Shown here: positions 23,397-36,686 of the stretch, in pieces | Layout of the letters: the number at the start of each line of letters is the position of its first letter | Position numbering within the stretch: the first letter of the stretch is position 1 | NCBI GenBank assembly: GCA_047495785.1 | Contig: JBLDXI010000015.1 | Location: 3,348,001-3,412,000, forward strand | Length of the DNA stretch: 64,000 bases | From: Lepidodermella squamata | Taxonomy: Eukaryota > Animalia > Gastrotricha | Direction of reading: 5' to 3' | Program-made: the position numbers and the translations under genes | The notes under the pieces: generated by a model | Databases searched by the model: none | The model's input: the letters and a program-made list of their open reading frames with translations, nothing else | What the model was told of the DNA's origin: nothing

Positions 23397-23663
23397 TTGA
23401 GGAAAACTTCAAGACTATACTTGTGATAGCAAAATTAACAAATTATTAAATCGATTGACCTTCTAGTGCTTTTGAATTAGTTGTTTGAATGTTGCCTCTT
23501 CCTGATGCCGCAACAGCTAGCTCAGTATTCCATGAATCAGCTGTAATGTTTTATATTTATTCTCATCGCCGAAACCTCTACTTATAACTAGGAGTGCTAA
23601 ACTATTTTCGAGTAAATGTTGAATGTGTGATTTATTGTTTAATTTTAGGTTGTTATACCAAAA

Positions 23664-26600
23664 ATGACTGTTGGCGGAAGCGTCCATCAGGCCCCGCCTT
23701 CGCGGACGTTTAATCTGCGTATGCATACCAGAAATCACATCCCTACCGATATTGTTGTGGGAGCAAAAGAATATCGACCTGGAACTCTGATTGAAATTCG
23801 GCAAGAAGATGCTTCACTCGACTGCGGCTGGATAGCTCTCGAAGTCGGTGCTTGCCGCGACGACATCCCAAAAGATGTCATCAGCTTTGAGCAGTCACTT
23901 GCCTCCCAGCTCCGTCTGAAACCCCACGCCAAAATTCTGGTCAGAACTGCTGAAACAGCAGATCATGCGGTTAATCTAGTCGAACTGCTGATTAAAGAGC
24001 AGTACCTTAGCCAAGCTGATTTGTGGCTGTTAGCGACTCATCTAGGCGGATCTTGCATTCACGTCGGGAAACTCATCGAATTCCAAGGAATGAGGTAGGC
24101 TCTATTAGTCTTGTGTAACATGGGAAATATTCTTTCTAATTCAGAGCTACTGTCAAGCTTTTGTGGCGACAGGGCGAGTCGATGCTTTCTGGTTACGTTT
24201 CACCAGACCCTCATCAAACGAAAGTAGTATTTCGAAGCGCTACTGCCAGTGTCAGCATTTTCATTCTCATGACTCGTGAAATGTGGCAATACGATTTAGC
24301 TGGCGATTTGTGTTTCCAACTAACCGTTTGTGGCCTCTTAACCGATCTATGCTCAGCATGGCACGATCGAGGCTGCACCCATGATGTTACTATCGTCATG
24401 GCTACTCGAGTCGTTTACGACGCAAAGAAAATTGAAGATTTCGCAGACGACGTCCGGCCTGCTATTCAAACAAACACCAAGGGCCAATATTTCGAAGACC
24501 TCTACGAGGTCATAGTGCAAAATGAGCGTTTTGACGACTGGAGTGATACATTGATGGCCTTGAACAAATCATTTATTCAATTCGATCAACGGGTTCTTCG
24601 CTCTGATAGGAAAGATCTACCTCGTCGAAGAATCGCGTTTTCATACGAAGCCCCAATTCTCGAATCAATTAACGTAGTAATGAATGCTATGGATACTTAC
24701 AGATTTGATCACCGCTTCGACCGAACTGGCCATGTAAGCTGAGAAAATTTTGATAAAATTCGCCTTACATTTCTAAAATATTCAGGCTCTTGTACTCGTT
24801 TCGTCTTCACAAGGTGTTTACGACGTTGAGAAAAGATTGAAGTCTGTCACGAAAAAACGAGTTATTGAATCGGGTCTAGCCGTTGATTTGGTTTGCATAC
24901 TTCCTCAACCTTTCCACCCAGTTCCGCTATTTCGAATGTTTGACGGAACCCAGCCGACTGATGGCAGTCCTTACACTTTCGAATACGCCTTGCCAAATGA
25001 CTGGATCAACGTCAGTTTTTACCAATCGCCTTACAGTAGTTCGTCATACCTCGGCGCTGAGATCAGCGAAGAATTCGACGGGGATGATCGGCGGGCTGTT
25101 GCGGTTTTTGACGTGCCAGAAAACGAAAATTTTGCCAATCCGGTGTTACTAGCGCGAATTGACATTCCAGACTCGCAAAGCAGTCAAAATTCAGGGAAAT
25201 CACATAAAAATCTATTCAATCCCTTCATTTCTTCTCCGATTAATTCGACGTATTCTGACAAGGATCGAGCCTCGAGGCCTCATGCAAATCGTTGGCTACA
25301 CGCTCTCCCTCAAAATGAGCTCGGTCAAGTATTGCACGTCCACCACTCTAGGTATCGATCGTCAACCGGGGCTAGTCGAACCAGGCGCACGACGGCCGTT
25401 CCTGAGCAGCATCATGCGGATGTTTTAACCGGGGTCGATTGGAAGTCTTTGATCCTACCCGCTGTTTTGCCTAGCACAGCCGCCGCTGGAGTTGGTTTAG
25501 ATGCCTGGTTGAAAGAAGCTTGCGTCGAATCGCCTCATGATGTGCCATTTTCGTTGCAAGAAACGTCTGAAAACGAGCAGCAACAAAGCGGGAAACCGAA
25601 TGCGTTCACCGGGGGTTTTAGAAGACCTCAGAAGCCTCAAGAAGTGTTTGATTTACTGGTTCTACTGCGTCTTGCAGCCGGGTTTCAACTGGTCCTATCA
25701 CCGCCTCAGCAGGATAATATACCAGCTCAACCTATGCCATCTTCTTCCTTCTTTAAAATTCATAAAACTCCGCCAGTTTTGATGGCGAGTGGTCGTTATT
25801 ATCAAAAATTGGAACTTATGGAAACGGATCAACGTGTTTTAGTGACGAAATTCGTTCGGACGAAAAAGGGAGTGCCAAAAGCGGCTGCTGTTTCGAATTT
25901 AGTCTACAAATACCCGTTTCAATTTCGAGTGCCTGATATCGACTCTTTCCACTGCGCTTCGACTGAATTCGCAAATCGACGACCTGATTTGTTGAATTTA
26001 TGGGCGTCTCTAGATTTCCATGTCACGCAAAAGACGTCTGAAATCGATTTGGATGATTATTCAATTCGAGAAAGTTTCTGGAAGTCCTACCTGGCTGTTT
26101 TGCCGATTTTAAACCTACCTACTAGTTCTTCTAACAAGAACAGCAACAACCAGCCTCAGCCCACTGAAATCGACTGGGAAAAATTGGGCGATGAAATCGC
26201 GCCTGCTAATGTTCAGTGCGCAAATTTGAGCCGGTTAGTAGGCTATATGAACGGGTTGAGTCTCTCCCGGCCGGCTTCCCAAGCCACTCCTAGCTCGACC
26301 CCGACGGAAGCGGGTGAAAAAATGCAAATTCATTTGGTCGCGCATTTACAGGCTGGCCTAGACACCCTTGGATTGTCCTATGTTGAATCTTCAGTTCAGC
26401 AGCAATCGTCGCAACTTGTTCGATTTTACACGACTTACGACGCTGTTAACTGGCTGTTACTCGAGCAACAGCAGAAAACGTACGGCCATGATTCAATCGA
26501 GAGCTGTATGTCAGTTTTGAACGAATGCTACGAATCTGGTCGAATTTTTTCGCCGGGTGTACCGAAGAAGGGTCTAAATAAATTGCATTACGGAATTTTC

Positions 26601-27308
26601 TATTTTTCCTTCGTCTCGCCGAATGCGACTGGAATGGCTGCAAGGGGCGAGAATTTGATTGAAATTTCGTTTTCTAACGATGGAGAAATGACTGACGAGG
26701 CGTACGTTATGTTGACTGTTGATGCGGCTGGTCGAGGGGGCCGCCACGAGTTGGCTATGATAGTTCATGATGCCTACTTTTCACCCGGGTGCAGTTTCCG
26801 TTTCCGACTCGAATGGCTCTTCGCCAGCGGATCTTTCCTATGTGAGCTTGTCGACTCGTGGCATCACAGGGCGAGGTCTTTCGGATCACACTTGATACCT
26901 GTACCATCAAACGCGTTTGACTTGACCGCCTCAGACCCTCTTCGTTTAATCCTAGAAATTCCGTTCAAACCAGAGGAGATAATCAAAATATTGAAGCCTG
27001 ATAACTGGGAAGAAAATCTGGAGCATAACTCCACCTTGATTTTCGAGCTGATTTTGAAGTATTTTGCTTTCATGAAAATGGTGCGTAGTGGCAGTTATTT
27101 CGTCCACACATCTGGTGTTGCGTTCATTCGCCACATACCTGGCCGTATTGAATGGGCGTGGAATTTTCAAGTTTCACGACGCTGGCAAACAGTGATGGAA
27201 AACGAAGCTGGCGATAAACTGCTGGCTAAACTTCGCCGGGTTTGTTCGAATGCGGACGACAGTCTTCTTGAGCTTGTCAAACAAAAAGGCCTTCTTGCTG
27301 ATAATTAG
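23664..27308 (+). CDS. DEPDC5: GATOR1 subunit DEPDC5/Iml1; exons 23664-24094, 24145-24733, 24786-27308
   Basis: VFRS..REMWQYD, DLYEVIVQNE, FDRTG, DLVC..QPFHPVPLF, WINVSFY, GVDWKSL..PA.LP, RL..GFQ, LEW..ASG, FVHTSG, WAWN. Two ~50-nt introns keep the frame. Confidence 0.87.
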
Positions 27309-27386
27309 AAAATGATATTTTAAGGCGGAATTTACTATTTTGATTAAATTATATTTTTTTATAACTTTTTGCATAGAGGTTTAAAA

Positions 27387-29443
27387 ATGTTTCATTTATC
27401 GAAAAATGAGTTCGAGCAGTTTCAGCCTTACGCAGAAAAAGCGCTGGTATCAGCTGGAGCTGGTTCAGACTCGCGGCTTCTGCCTATGTTACTCGCGTGT
27501 CTCGAGCGGGGCGAGTCGAGGTCGAAGTTGGTTGAAAGGCTCAAAACTAAAATGGACTCGATGAAAGCGGAAAAAGTTGCCGATAACATCTCAGATGCGC
27601 TAGAGACGTTTCGGTCTTCTTCAAAGAAGCGGAAAGACGACTCAGCGCCGACGAATGGCGACTCAAAACAGCCTCGACTGTCCTCTGACACTGGCAGTGT
27701 GATGAATGAGGAGATGATTCAAAGAATGCTGGATGCTGCGAAGCGGGAGTTGAGAGCAAAAGCGGCTGGAATCGTACCCGCGGCAACCCCGGCTCCCGAC
27801 CCGGCTGTTGCCGCGTTGGATAACGAGGCTGCTGAAAAGGCGCGTCGAGCAGCTGAAATTCAAGCTCGTATTGCAGAGCGATTTTCAGCCAACCCAGCGA
27901 TAGCAGCTGCCCTGCAAAAACTACAAGTCCCTGGTGCGGTCGCAGCAGTGCCCGAAAAACCGTCGGGTCGAATTATTCTCGACGCCCAGGGTAGGGCTAT
28001 CAACGCTTCAACAGGTGAAATTATCGATCTGCCCCATCACGCGCCCACCTTAAAGGCGAATATTCGAGCTCAAAAGCGGCAACATCTTCAATCTGTCATT
28101 CAAGAAACTCAGCAACAGGTGAAGCATCAGGCGTCGGAGGAAGCTTCGACGTCCACGTTTTACGACTCCAGAGTTGCGGTGCAAAAACACGTGAGGCGGG
28201 GTAAACAGCTGAAATTTCACGAGCAGGGGAAATTTGTGAGAATGGCCCAGACTATCAGGTTAAAACGGCAGTTGGAGCGATTGCAGACTGAAATTGCGCA
28301 ATCAGCGCGGAAAACTGGTATAACCTCGGTTGCGAAGTTGGCCATCGCCCAGCCGCGTATTGATGCTACGACGGCTGCGACCCCCTCAAACGTGCCTGCC
28401 CTTGAATGGTGGGATGCGATAATTTTGCGGACAGATACGTACGACGCGTTGCCGGAAGAAATTTTGCCCGAGTCGTTTGAGGGTATAACAAATTTAGTCG
28501 AGCATCCTATCCAGGCGCAGGCGCCTGATATCAAGCCGGGTGCGGTTACGAAAATTCCGTTGTATCTCACGAAGACTGAGCGGAAAAAAGTTCGCCGGCA
28601 GAACAGGCGAGCTCTGCAGCAAGAAGAGCAGGAAAAAGTTCGACTCGGCTTACTACCAGCGCCGGAGCCAAAGGTGAAAATTTCGAATCTGATGCGAGTT
28701 CTCGGGACGGATGCTGTTGCTGATCCGACCAAAATCGAGCAAAGGGTTCGCCAGCAGATGGCAAAACGGCAAAAGTGAGATTTTTGAAATTTTAAGGAGG
28801 AATTTTCAAAATTTTGAATTTTAGGGAGCACGAAGCTGCAAATAAAGCGCGAATGTTAACTTCTGATCAGAAGAGAGAAAAACGGCAGAAAAAGCTGCAG
28901 GATGAATCAGCTGTTGATGTGAATGTCTCAGTCTACCGTGTCCGCGATTTGTCGAACCCGTCGAAAAAATTCAAAGTCGAAACAAATGCGAAACAACTGC
29001 TGATGACGGGATTTGTTTGTTTGTCAAAGGAATGTAACGTCGTGGTGGTCGAGGGCAATATGAAACAGCAGAAAAAATTCAAGCAATTGATGTTAAATCG
29101 CATTAAATGGAGTGAAGACCCGGTGCGAGAATGGTCGGCTGGTATCGGTAAAAATGCGAAACTTGTCGTTACTGAAACAGCTGATGGAGGTAATTAATTT
29201 CCTCGAAGAAAGCATTCTTTTAATCAAATAATTTATTTAGATAAACCCGCCGGTTCTTCGGAAATGAATTCCTGCGAGTTGGTTTGGGAGGGCACGGCTA
29301 AGAAGCGAGCGTTTGGCGACGTGATGTTCAAAATTTGCCAAACCGAAACTGCGGCTCGTGACCAATTTCGTCGCCATAATGTTGAGCAGTACTGGGATCT
29401 AGCGTATAGTACTTCAGTTCTTTCAGAAGCGTTTACCAAGTGA
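27387..29443 (+). CDS. PRPF3: U4/U6 snRNP protein Prp3; exons 27387-28774, 28825-29189, 29241-29443
   Basis: [75 protein letters not shown]. Confidence 0.95.
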
Positions 29444-29600
29444 ACATTATATAAGCGGTTTTTTTCTCTGGGATTTTGAAAAAATAATCATCACCTCACC
29501 CGTGAAAAGAAACCATTTCTGTTTAGTCCACATAATACGCTGTTACAATAAAATAATTTCTTTTGCTATAAATTTTATTTTAGGAATTTATAACATTGAG

Positions 29601-30694
29601 ATGGGGAGATTGGCTTTGAGTTTATGGCTAGCTGTAATCATTCCCTACGCCGTATTGGCTGCGTCTGGTGGAAATTCCCGATGTAAATGCGCTTGTTCTT
29701 TCAAATCGAACACCACCTCTCAGCGAGTTTGGGTGAATACCGAAATTCAGCCCGACGATTGCCGGTGCAGCATTGTTGTGACGAATGCGCCTTCCGACTG
29801 CGAATACGCCTGCGAATGCGCCTATGAAAACAGAAATACAACGATTGTTCAGGTAAAGTATTAAAATTTAGGTCTAAATAGCATAGCGATTCCAGCATTT
29901 TTTATTTCCTTGATCGCCAATGATACCCCCGTGACTCTGTGACTCCTTTATTTCAGTCATTAAAATTGCAATTTTCAAAATGGTTGATATCGGAAAAATC
30001 GCTGATTTGAAAAATCGATGTTTGGAATCGATATCGGCTCTACGGTCTTAATTATAACTCGAAAACGTGACTGCTCATATAATTTAGTGATAAAAAGAAA
30101 AATTGAGAAAATCTGGTGCTGGAACCCCAAATTTATGGTATTGGTTTGGCACAACATTTAAACATTTATTCAAAAATTTAAAATTTCATTTTGAAACGAT
30201 TTTTTCAGGTTGTTGTGATCGGGATGATCACCCTTATATCAGGTCTCTTCATCTACATGCTTTTCCTACTCTGCCTCGACCCGCTCATCAACCGACGCGT
30301 TAGGAGCGGGCGAAACCGGCTTGTTGAGCAAGATGAGGTGAACATGGACCATTTCACGGGTACAGTTACCTCAATAGCCACCACCCCACCGGCTAGTTTA
30401 AGCGCCGTAACTACAGGGCCTCGTTTCAACGGCGATTTGAACGACGATGAAAACGAGGTGCTGAGCGATTCCGAGCGGCCGCGACTGGACTCGAACGAGA
30501 TACGAGTGCCGCAGGGTGGAAACCGCCTGCCGGCTGGTTCTATGACCAGTTCTATGGCGAGCGACGGCCCGGAAGACGGCCGAGTTCGGTCTTCATCGGT
30601 TCTGAGCCGAATTCGACAGCCGCATGAACGGTGGCAGGGTCAGCTGCAGAACCAGCGCCACAACGTCTATTCCAACCGCAGTATTCTAAATTAA
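29601..30694 (+). CDS. TMEM9: TMEM9/TMEM9B family membrane protein; exons 29601-29852, 30209-30694
   Basis: Signal peptide, RCKCAC, CECAYENRNTT, TM segment YMLFLLCLDPL, C-terminal WQGQLQNQRHNVY. Confidence 0.88.
29975..30135. repeat. Dispersed intronic repeat (MITE-like); related copies at about 37160-37260 (reverse) and 42465-42595
   Basis: Shared core gatatcggaaaaatc(g/a)ct...aatcgat..ttggaatcgatatcg and tggaaccc. Each copy lies in an enlarged intron. Confidence 0.6.
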
Positions 30695-31139
30695 ACGCAG
30701 TGATTTTTTATAATTTTTCTTCGTAAAAAATTGTTTCAATCTAGTAGAAACTTGGTGAATGCGCGTTATAACTCTCACTTCGAAGCTAATAATGAAGATG
30801 ACCGATATTTATTGTACACCAACTATGTATGACCCTGTCATCGCAATTTTTCTATATATAATTATATATGAGACCAGTTGAATACGACTTTCATTTGGAT
30901 GAATGGTGTTGAAAAAATGAGAATAAAAGATTGATTTTATTATAAAACAAGATGTTTTACGATGCGTATCATTGATTTTGTGCCAGGAGTACGTTCTACG
31001 ATATTCATCGGAGGCTGATTGTTCAATCAGCAATATTACGAGAGAACAAGTTGAAATATCGACATTTTACACGGGCATTCTTGTTCTCATAGTTCAAGCA
31101 CAAAGCCCAATGCTTTGAAAATCAGCCACATTTCATATA

Positions 31140-31573
31140 CCGTAGTTACCGAAATACTAACCCGGGCTTATACAAAAATGACACCTCGAAAAATAGGGAA
31201 AAGTAGGCTTCTATTCAAGACTAGGCTTCTATTTGAGATAGGCTTATGCAACCAAGACCGGACTTGGTTTTCCGTCTTTCAATCTCAAAACTCATCTAAT
31301 TTTTGAATATCAGCTATTAGCTAGGTCGTCTAATACCCGAAAATTAAGAATCGTTAGGAAAGCTAGAACGAAAGGCATCGTAAATCGCAGATTATTGAAA
31401 ATCCTGGGGCATTTTCAGCTTTTAAATACAGGTCAGCTCTTGTTTCGCACGTGCCGTAGTAGCCTAGGCTACTATTCGAGATAGGACTATGCATCGACGA
31501 ATTTCAATTTAACTAGGCTTCTAAACGAGACAGGCTTCTAAACGAGGGTGGGCTTATATTTCGGTAACTACGG
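31140..31573. mobile_element. Tc2/pogo-like MITE, 434 bp
   Basis: Perfect 17-bp TIR CCGTAGTTACCGAAATA / TATTTCGGTAACTACGG, TA on both sides, internal ~17-bp aggcttctattcgaga-like repeats. Confidence 0.88.
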
Positions 31574-33675
31574 TAAGCTATTTGACCCGATTTTTGACAA
31601 AATTCGGTGATATCTAGAACGAGACTAAACGCCGTATTTGAGGAATTTTAGTGCTGGCGCCCGATATACGAGGTAACGAGTAACCAATTTCTAGATCAGC
31701 CATCGTGTGCAGCCCATTTACGTCAATATAAATTGAATTAAATATTTGACTATTCAGAGCAGCTCTCGACTAATGATAGCCTAGGATGCGTTCCCAGAGG
31801 ATCCTGAGGAGTCAGTCTTCACGCGTGTTTCTTTCACGTTCGATTAAAATTTACACGTTCTTTTATATAATGGTAAAATCAATTACGCATGTAATTCATG
31901 ATCGCCGATATTCAGCTCGTCATATGTAGGTGTGGTTACATGCGAAAATTCTCAGAGGAGTCCCACAGATCGATAATCACTTCAGACAAAATTACAGCGG
32001 ATCTTCTTACTCGTGGCAACATTTTCGGTGTCATTTTTCCTACCATAGGTATCATATTTTATACCATCAGAACTGCGGGTTTTTTATTGTGTAAAAACTC
32101 ATCATTTTTAATGCAAAATAAGAACGGACCCAATGATGGATTAGCTTTGGCCTAACTTACTCTGGACGATTGCAAACTACAAATTTCCATCAAAGCTTTT
32201 AAGCTACGCTCAAAAAATATCGCTTTTTCATGCATCGATCACTGGCCGTCAAAGTTCGTTTTTTATTGCTGCTCTTAGCCACGCATCAAGTATCTCTCTC
32301 GCTCTCTCCATATATCGAGGGTGCCCTATATATTGGCTGATGGCGGCGCGGTCATGAAAAAACAATCATGGGTTGTATTTCGGTTGCGTTTTTTCGCGTA
32401 ATAACATTCCAAGCAATAAAAGCTGCATTTCCGGGTCGGTCTTTTCACGCTTTATTTGGCAATAAATTCGGGGTTTCCGAGTATGCATGACAAAAATATT
32501 AGAACTACTCAACGGTGTCGAATGTCTGTTCGAGAAATCTGAAACGGAAGGGTATTTTGAGGACATTTGAGGCTCTCACAATTCTCATATTTTAGCAAAG
32601 ATAAAAACACTTCCTCTGCTTTTGGCAAATGTGCGACTCAACTTTCTGCTCGAACATAGGATTTTAATCAGTCATTTGTATAATCGAATGGTCGGCAATC
32701 TAGTAATGTATCTTACTCTAGCTGTAGATCGATGTACGTGTTTTCTCCCCCCGGGCTTACTGCTCGCTGAACATTTAATCTTTGCCTGCTCAGCACGTAG
32801 AAATTGCGCCAAAAACTCCCTTTCATCGATTATTCCTATTGATGAAATTTACTCCATTCTTTTTTAGATCTGAAAGATGGCTGTTAATCTTATACCTTGT
32901 AAGAAATATGACTATTTTTATTTCATATTTGTCCGTTACTGTCGCAAGAATGACCCAGTTATCGACCATATCAGTTCTCATGATTTTTTCACCTAATAGT
33001 GAACCATTTTAAGCACCTTTTTATCAGGCTGAATCCAGAAATAGAATGTGGCTTATCCTGCAAAAATGACTAATCGCCCCAACCTTTTGCACTCGAAGAC
33101 GAGTAGCCACATCGATTTACAATTTTCGCCCTATTTGCTCCCTTGCGATAACAAGAATGTCCTGAAATCAAGCGCTCTTCATTTTCGCGTGACTGATTAT
33201 AGGGTTGGCGCAATGACCCGCTTGTATTATCTGAGGGTGTCGAACAATTTTGAGCGGTCAGCTATATGAATGACGCATGATGACAATGCGCACGTAAAAT
33301 GCAAAACGCCTCCGTATAACTGGAAAATTTAGGGCGGCATATTAGAAAACTTCAGTTAAGCTAATCAAAAATAAACTATTATTATCCATTTCTAGTTTTG
33401 CTCTGAAAAACACAGATACGCAAGTTGACAACTTGAATATTTTGCTTTGCCTTTGACTTTATTGCATGTTTATTGGTTCCTATCTCCAAATAAATCGTCT
33501 ATTTTAAGGTAGCTTTTAGAGTCATCACTGACGACATTCGAACTGTTAACTGTAGATTACGAAGTAATAACTATAGGCAACATCGATTTTATGCGTAAAA
33601 GGTATCTCTGATGAGAACACATCAGACATCAGTTCAGCATTTCTACTCCGTAGAATTTCGCAGTTTAGGGCGATG

Positions 33676-33700
33676 GGATATGGATATGGATATGGATATG
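33676..33700 (+). repeat. (GGATAT)4 microsatellite
   Basis: ggatatggatatggatatggatat. Confidence 0.8.
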
Positions 33701-34835
33701 GGATTTGGAGTAAATTTGGAAACTCTCTACTGATTTAGCAAGTGAAACGCGTTGACTCATCTTTTATGTACACTTTATCATATCTTTTGGGACTATGACG
33801 AATTCATACCTAATATGCAGTCTAGGCCTTATATATGGGATTTCCCGGGATCAAAACGTCACATTGCAAATTCGATTTTTTACAAATGTCCTGTTTACCT
33901 GCTCAGCTAAGCCTCTAGACACAGAGGAGCTGTAAACTGGTCTCAATAGATTAGTCATTTTTGAGAATTGAGAATAAGGATTTGAACTTCTGGAACCTTT
34001 CGTACGGACTTTCCGGTTTAGCTGATTCATTTATGAGAAGATCGCGAATGCTAACCATCAACAGTTAGTCAATAATATTTTCACGCTCAATCAAATAACC
34101 TTCCACCTCAGGTAATCGGTGGCAAACATTTGTAAGTAGTTTCATTCAAAAAATATGAAGATTTTGGTGGCGACTCCACCCCCTCCACCTCGTCTTTCAC
34201 ACTTCGCTGCTCTGCCGTGAAAAAATGATGCGCAGTTATGCAATTGACCAAAATGCCGTGTTTATCATCGCCTAATTTATTGGCTGTACTTTTACTAAGC
34301 TCGGGAAACGTTATCGTAGTTACTCCTCATCGCTACTGATCATAAAAAAACGGTAATAATGAGTCTCGCTAGCCGTAGTATCAGTGCGCGCGTGAAGACT
34401 CCTCCGAAACTATTTATCATACGCCCGCATCTGTTTTTTCGCTATGCCGCGTTTACCATACGTATAGTTTACGACAAAAAACAGCTGCAGTTCTGCGCTC
34501 CGCTCTAAAAATAATCGGTCCGTTGTATAGAGGTACCTTCAATTGTTGTTATTGTTGAATGCTAAAGCATATTAGCCACTTTTCCGCTTCCTATTTTTTT
34601 CTTATTTTTCAAGACATGACATGTATAAGTGGTTATTTATTACCGCAGCGATTTATTATAATATGCAAAATTTTCTGCTGCGGTGTTGTAAATTAATTGC
34701 GCCGGCGTGGACAATTTCCGCACTCAGTGTCCGAAAACGTGAACAATATCCTTTGTCCTATCCTCGTAATAGAAACTCACTTCTTATATTATAGAAACAA
34801 AACCTCAGAAAAAGGGGATTATTTTAGATTTTTAT

Positions 34836-36432
34836 ATGACAACCTACGACGAAAGCAGGTCGCTAGCTCTCGGGCGTGTCATGCTCGACGAGCTGGCGTC
34901 GAAAGGCTTCGACCTACGCGACGTGCCTTCCACCCTCGCCTTCATCACAGCTGAGCTGGGCCGGCCGGTGAACTACAGCGAATTCTACCTGCCGAAATGC
35001 AACCCGTCGCCTATCAGCGATTGCATAGACGGGCAACGGGTGCCAGAACTGTTCGGCGACGTCATGGGTCGGTACATGCGAAATCGGCTCGTTCTCATCC
35101 TCCCAGTCCTATACATCTTCACGGCAATATCTATCGTATCAAACGCGCTCGGAATTCGGGCTGTCGTCGGAATTCGATCGAAATTGCCTAGGCACTGGGT
35201 TTTGATGAACCTCTCGCTTTCAGATTGCCTTCTAGCTCCGTTAAACGCCATTAAAGTGAGCCAAAAATTGAAAAAAATCCGCCTTAACATTTCTTTTTTT
35301 CCTAGGTGACTTCAGAAGTTTTCGCCTATTCCGAATTTGACGAATTTTTTCGAAGTTATTTCAATTCGGTGTGGCAAGCATTTTTCCTCCTGTGCCCGCT
35401 GTCGTTGCTTTTCCTCGCGCTTGACAATGTGATCGCCGTGCTGTCGCCTTTCTTCTACGAACGCCGATCAGGATCAGGCGCGCGCGCTCTTATGCTGAGC
35501 GTCGGCGCCGCCGCGTGGTTCTGCATCATTCTGCTCGTCGTTTTGCTTAACGTGTTTCAAGTTCAATATTCATCAACCGTACAGCTCATCGTGGCAATTG
35601 TTCTGCTCATGATTATTGCAGTCACAGTCACGCTCTACCTAGCTCTGGCTCTGAAGGCCGAAAGTTACAGGCGAAAGCTGATGGTTATGGCTCTCCCATC
35701 CTCGGGTAAGCTTCGGGATTTTTTCGAAATTTCTACAATTTAAATTAAATTATAATGATTTATTTCAGCTGATCTTTTAGCATCACGTATGCCTCCTTAA
35801 TAAAATCTGATTTTCGATATTTTATTTTAAAATTTACACCGATTAATTTAATTAATTTATTAAATTTATTAAATTATAAATTTGTGTTTTTGATTTTTTT
35901 AGTGATGTCCAATGAGAAGCAGCAGCGTGAATTGTTAAGGAGTCGCATGAAAACGACCGCTACAACGCTGTCAATTGTGTTAACTCTGGCCGGCTTCTGG
36001 TCGCCTTTCATCACCTACCTTCTAATACCCGATTCGGCTAAATTTAGTCACGTACCTTTCTACATCAACTTCCTATGCGCCGCGCTGTGCCTTTTCCAGT
36101 TCGGAACCGCTGTCGATCCTATTGTTTACTGCTGTAGAATGGTTGAGGTTCGCCGGTCGTTGATTGCCACGGTAGTGCCCTCGTCATGTCGCGATCGCTT
36201 CACGAAAAATGGCGATCAGTACAATGATACAAAACGCCGTTCGACCATCGGCTCCAGCGTGCCACCACGGCGCTCGGAAATGTCCGATTTAACCCAACCC
36301 GAGCATTCGACTTCGTCGAAATGCGGCAATAATTCACCGGTTAAAAACGGTAAACAAACATTACCTAGCAGCAGGGATAAGGTCGACGAAACAGCTCAAA
36401 GCCTAATTCTGTCAAGTGATAATGCGCCGTAA
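34836..36432 (+). CDS. Orphan class A (rhodopsin-like) GPCR; exons 34836-35255, 35306-35705, (35769-35786), 35903-36432
   Basis: Seven hydrophobic segments; TM1 SN, TM2 NLSLSD, TM3 LALDNVIAV..PFFY, TM6 FWSPF, TM7 DPIVY; introns keep the frame. Confidence 0.85.
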
Positions 36433-36686
36433 AAGGTGAAAATAAACTCCCTTAATATTTTTTAGTTTATTTAAGATTGATGAATAATCAGCGATTATAG
36501 CCACAATCAAGGACGCTTTGATTTCGTCTTACTTAATTCTATAATTTTTTATTTTGTGTGTCGCCGCTTTTCATTTTATTCAGTCATGTCATTAAAATCA
36601 TGCCAGTTTATTTAAAAAAATAAAGCAAGTCGTTCTGCCTTTTTATAATATGCCAATTGATTTTTTTATTGCACTGATCAAAATGT

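Noticed and set aside
28217-28831. 204-aa antisense ORF, and similar antisense ORFs over Pellino, RBM28, NB-ARC and Wee1
   Set aside because: Shadows of real genes on the opposite strand.
31204-31556. Short repeated units resembling a CRISPR-like array
   Set aside because: No regular unique spacers, eukaryotic context, and enclosed by MITE TIRs.
31600-34800. Short ORFs in the long spacer before the GPCR
   Set aside because: No motifs or coherent exon chain; probably regulatory or UTR-intron sequence.
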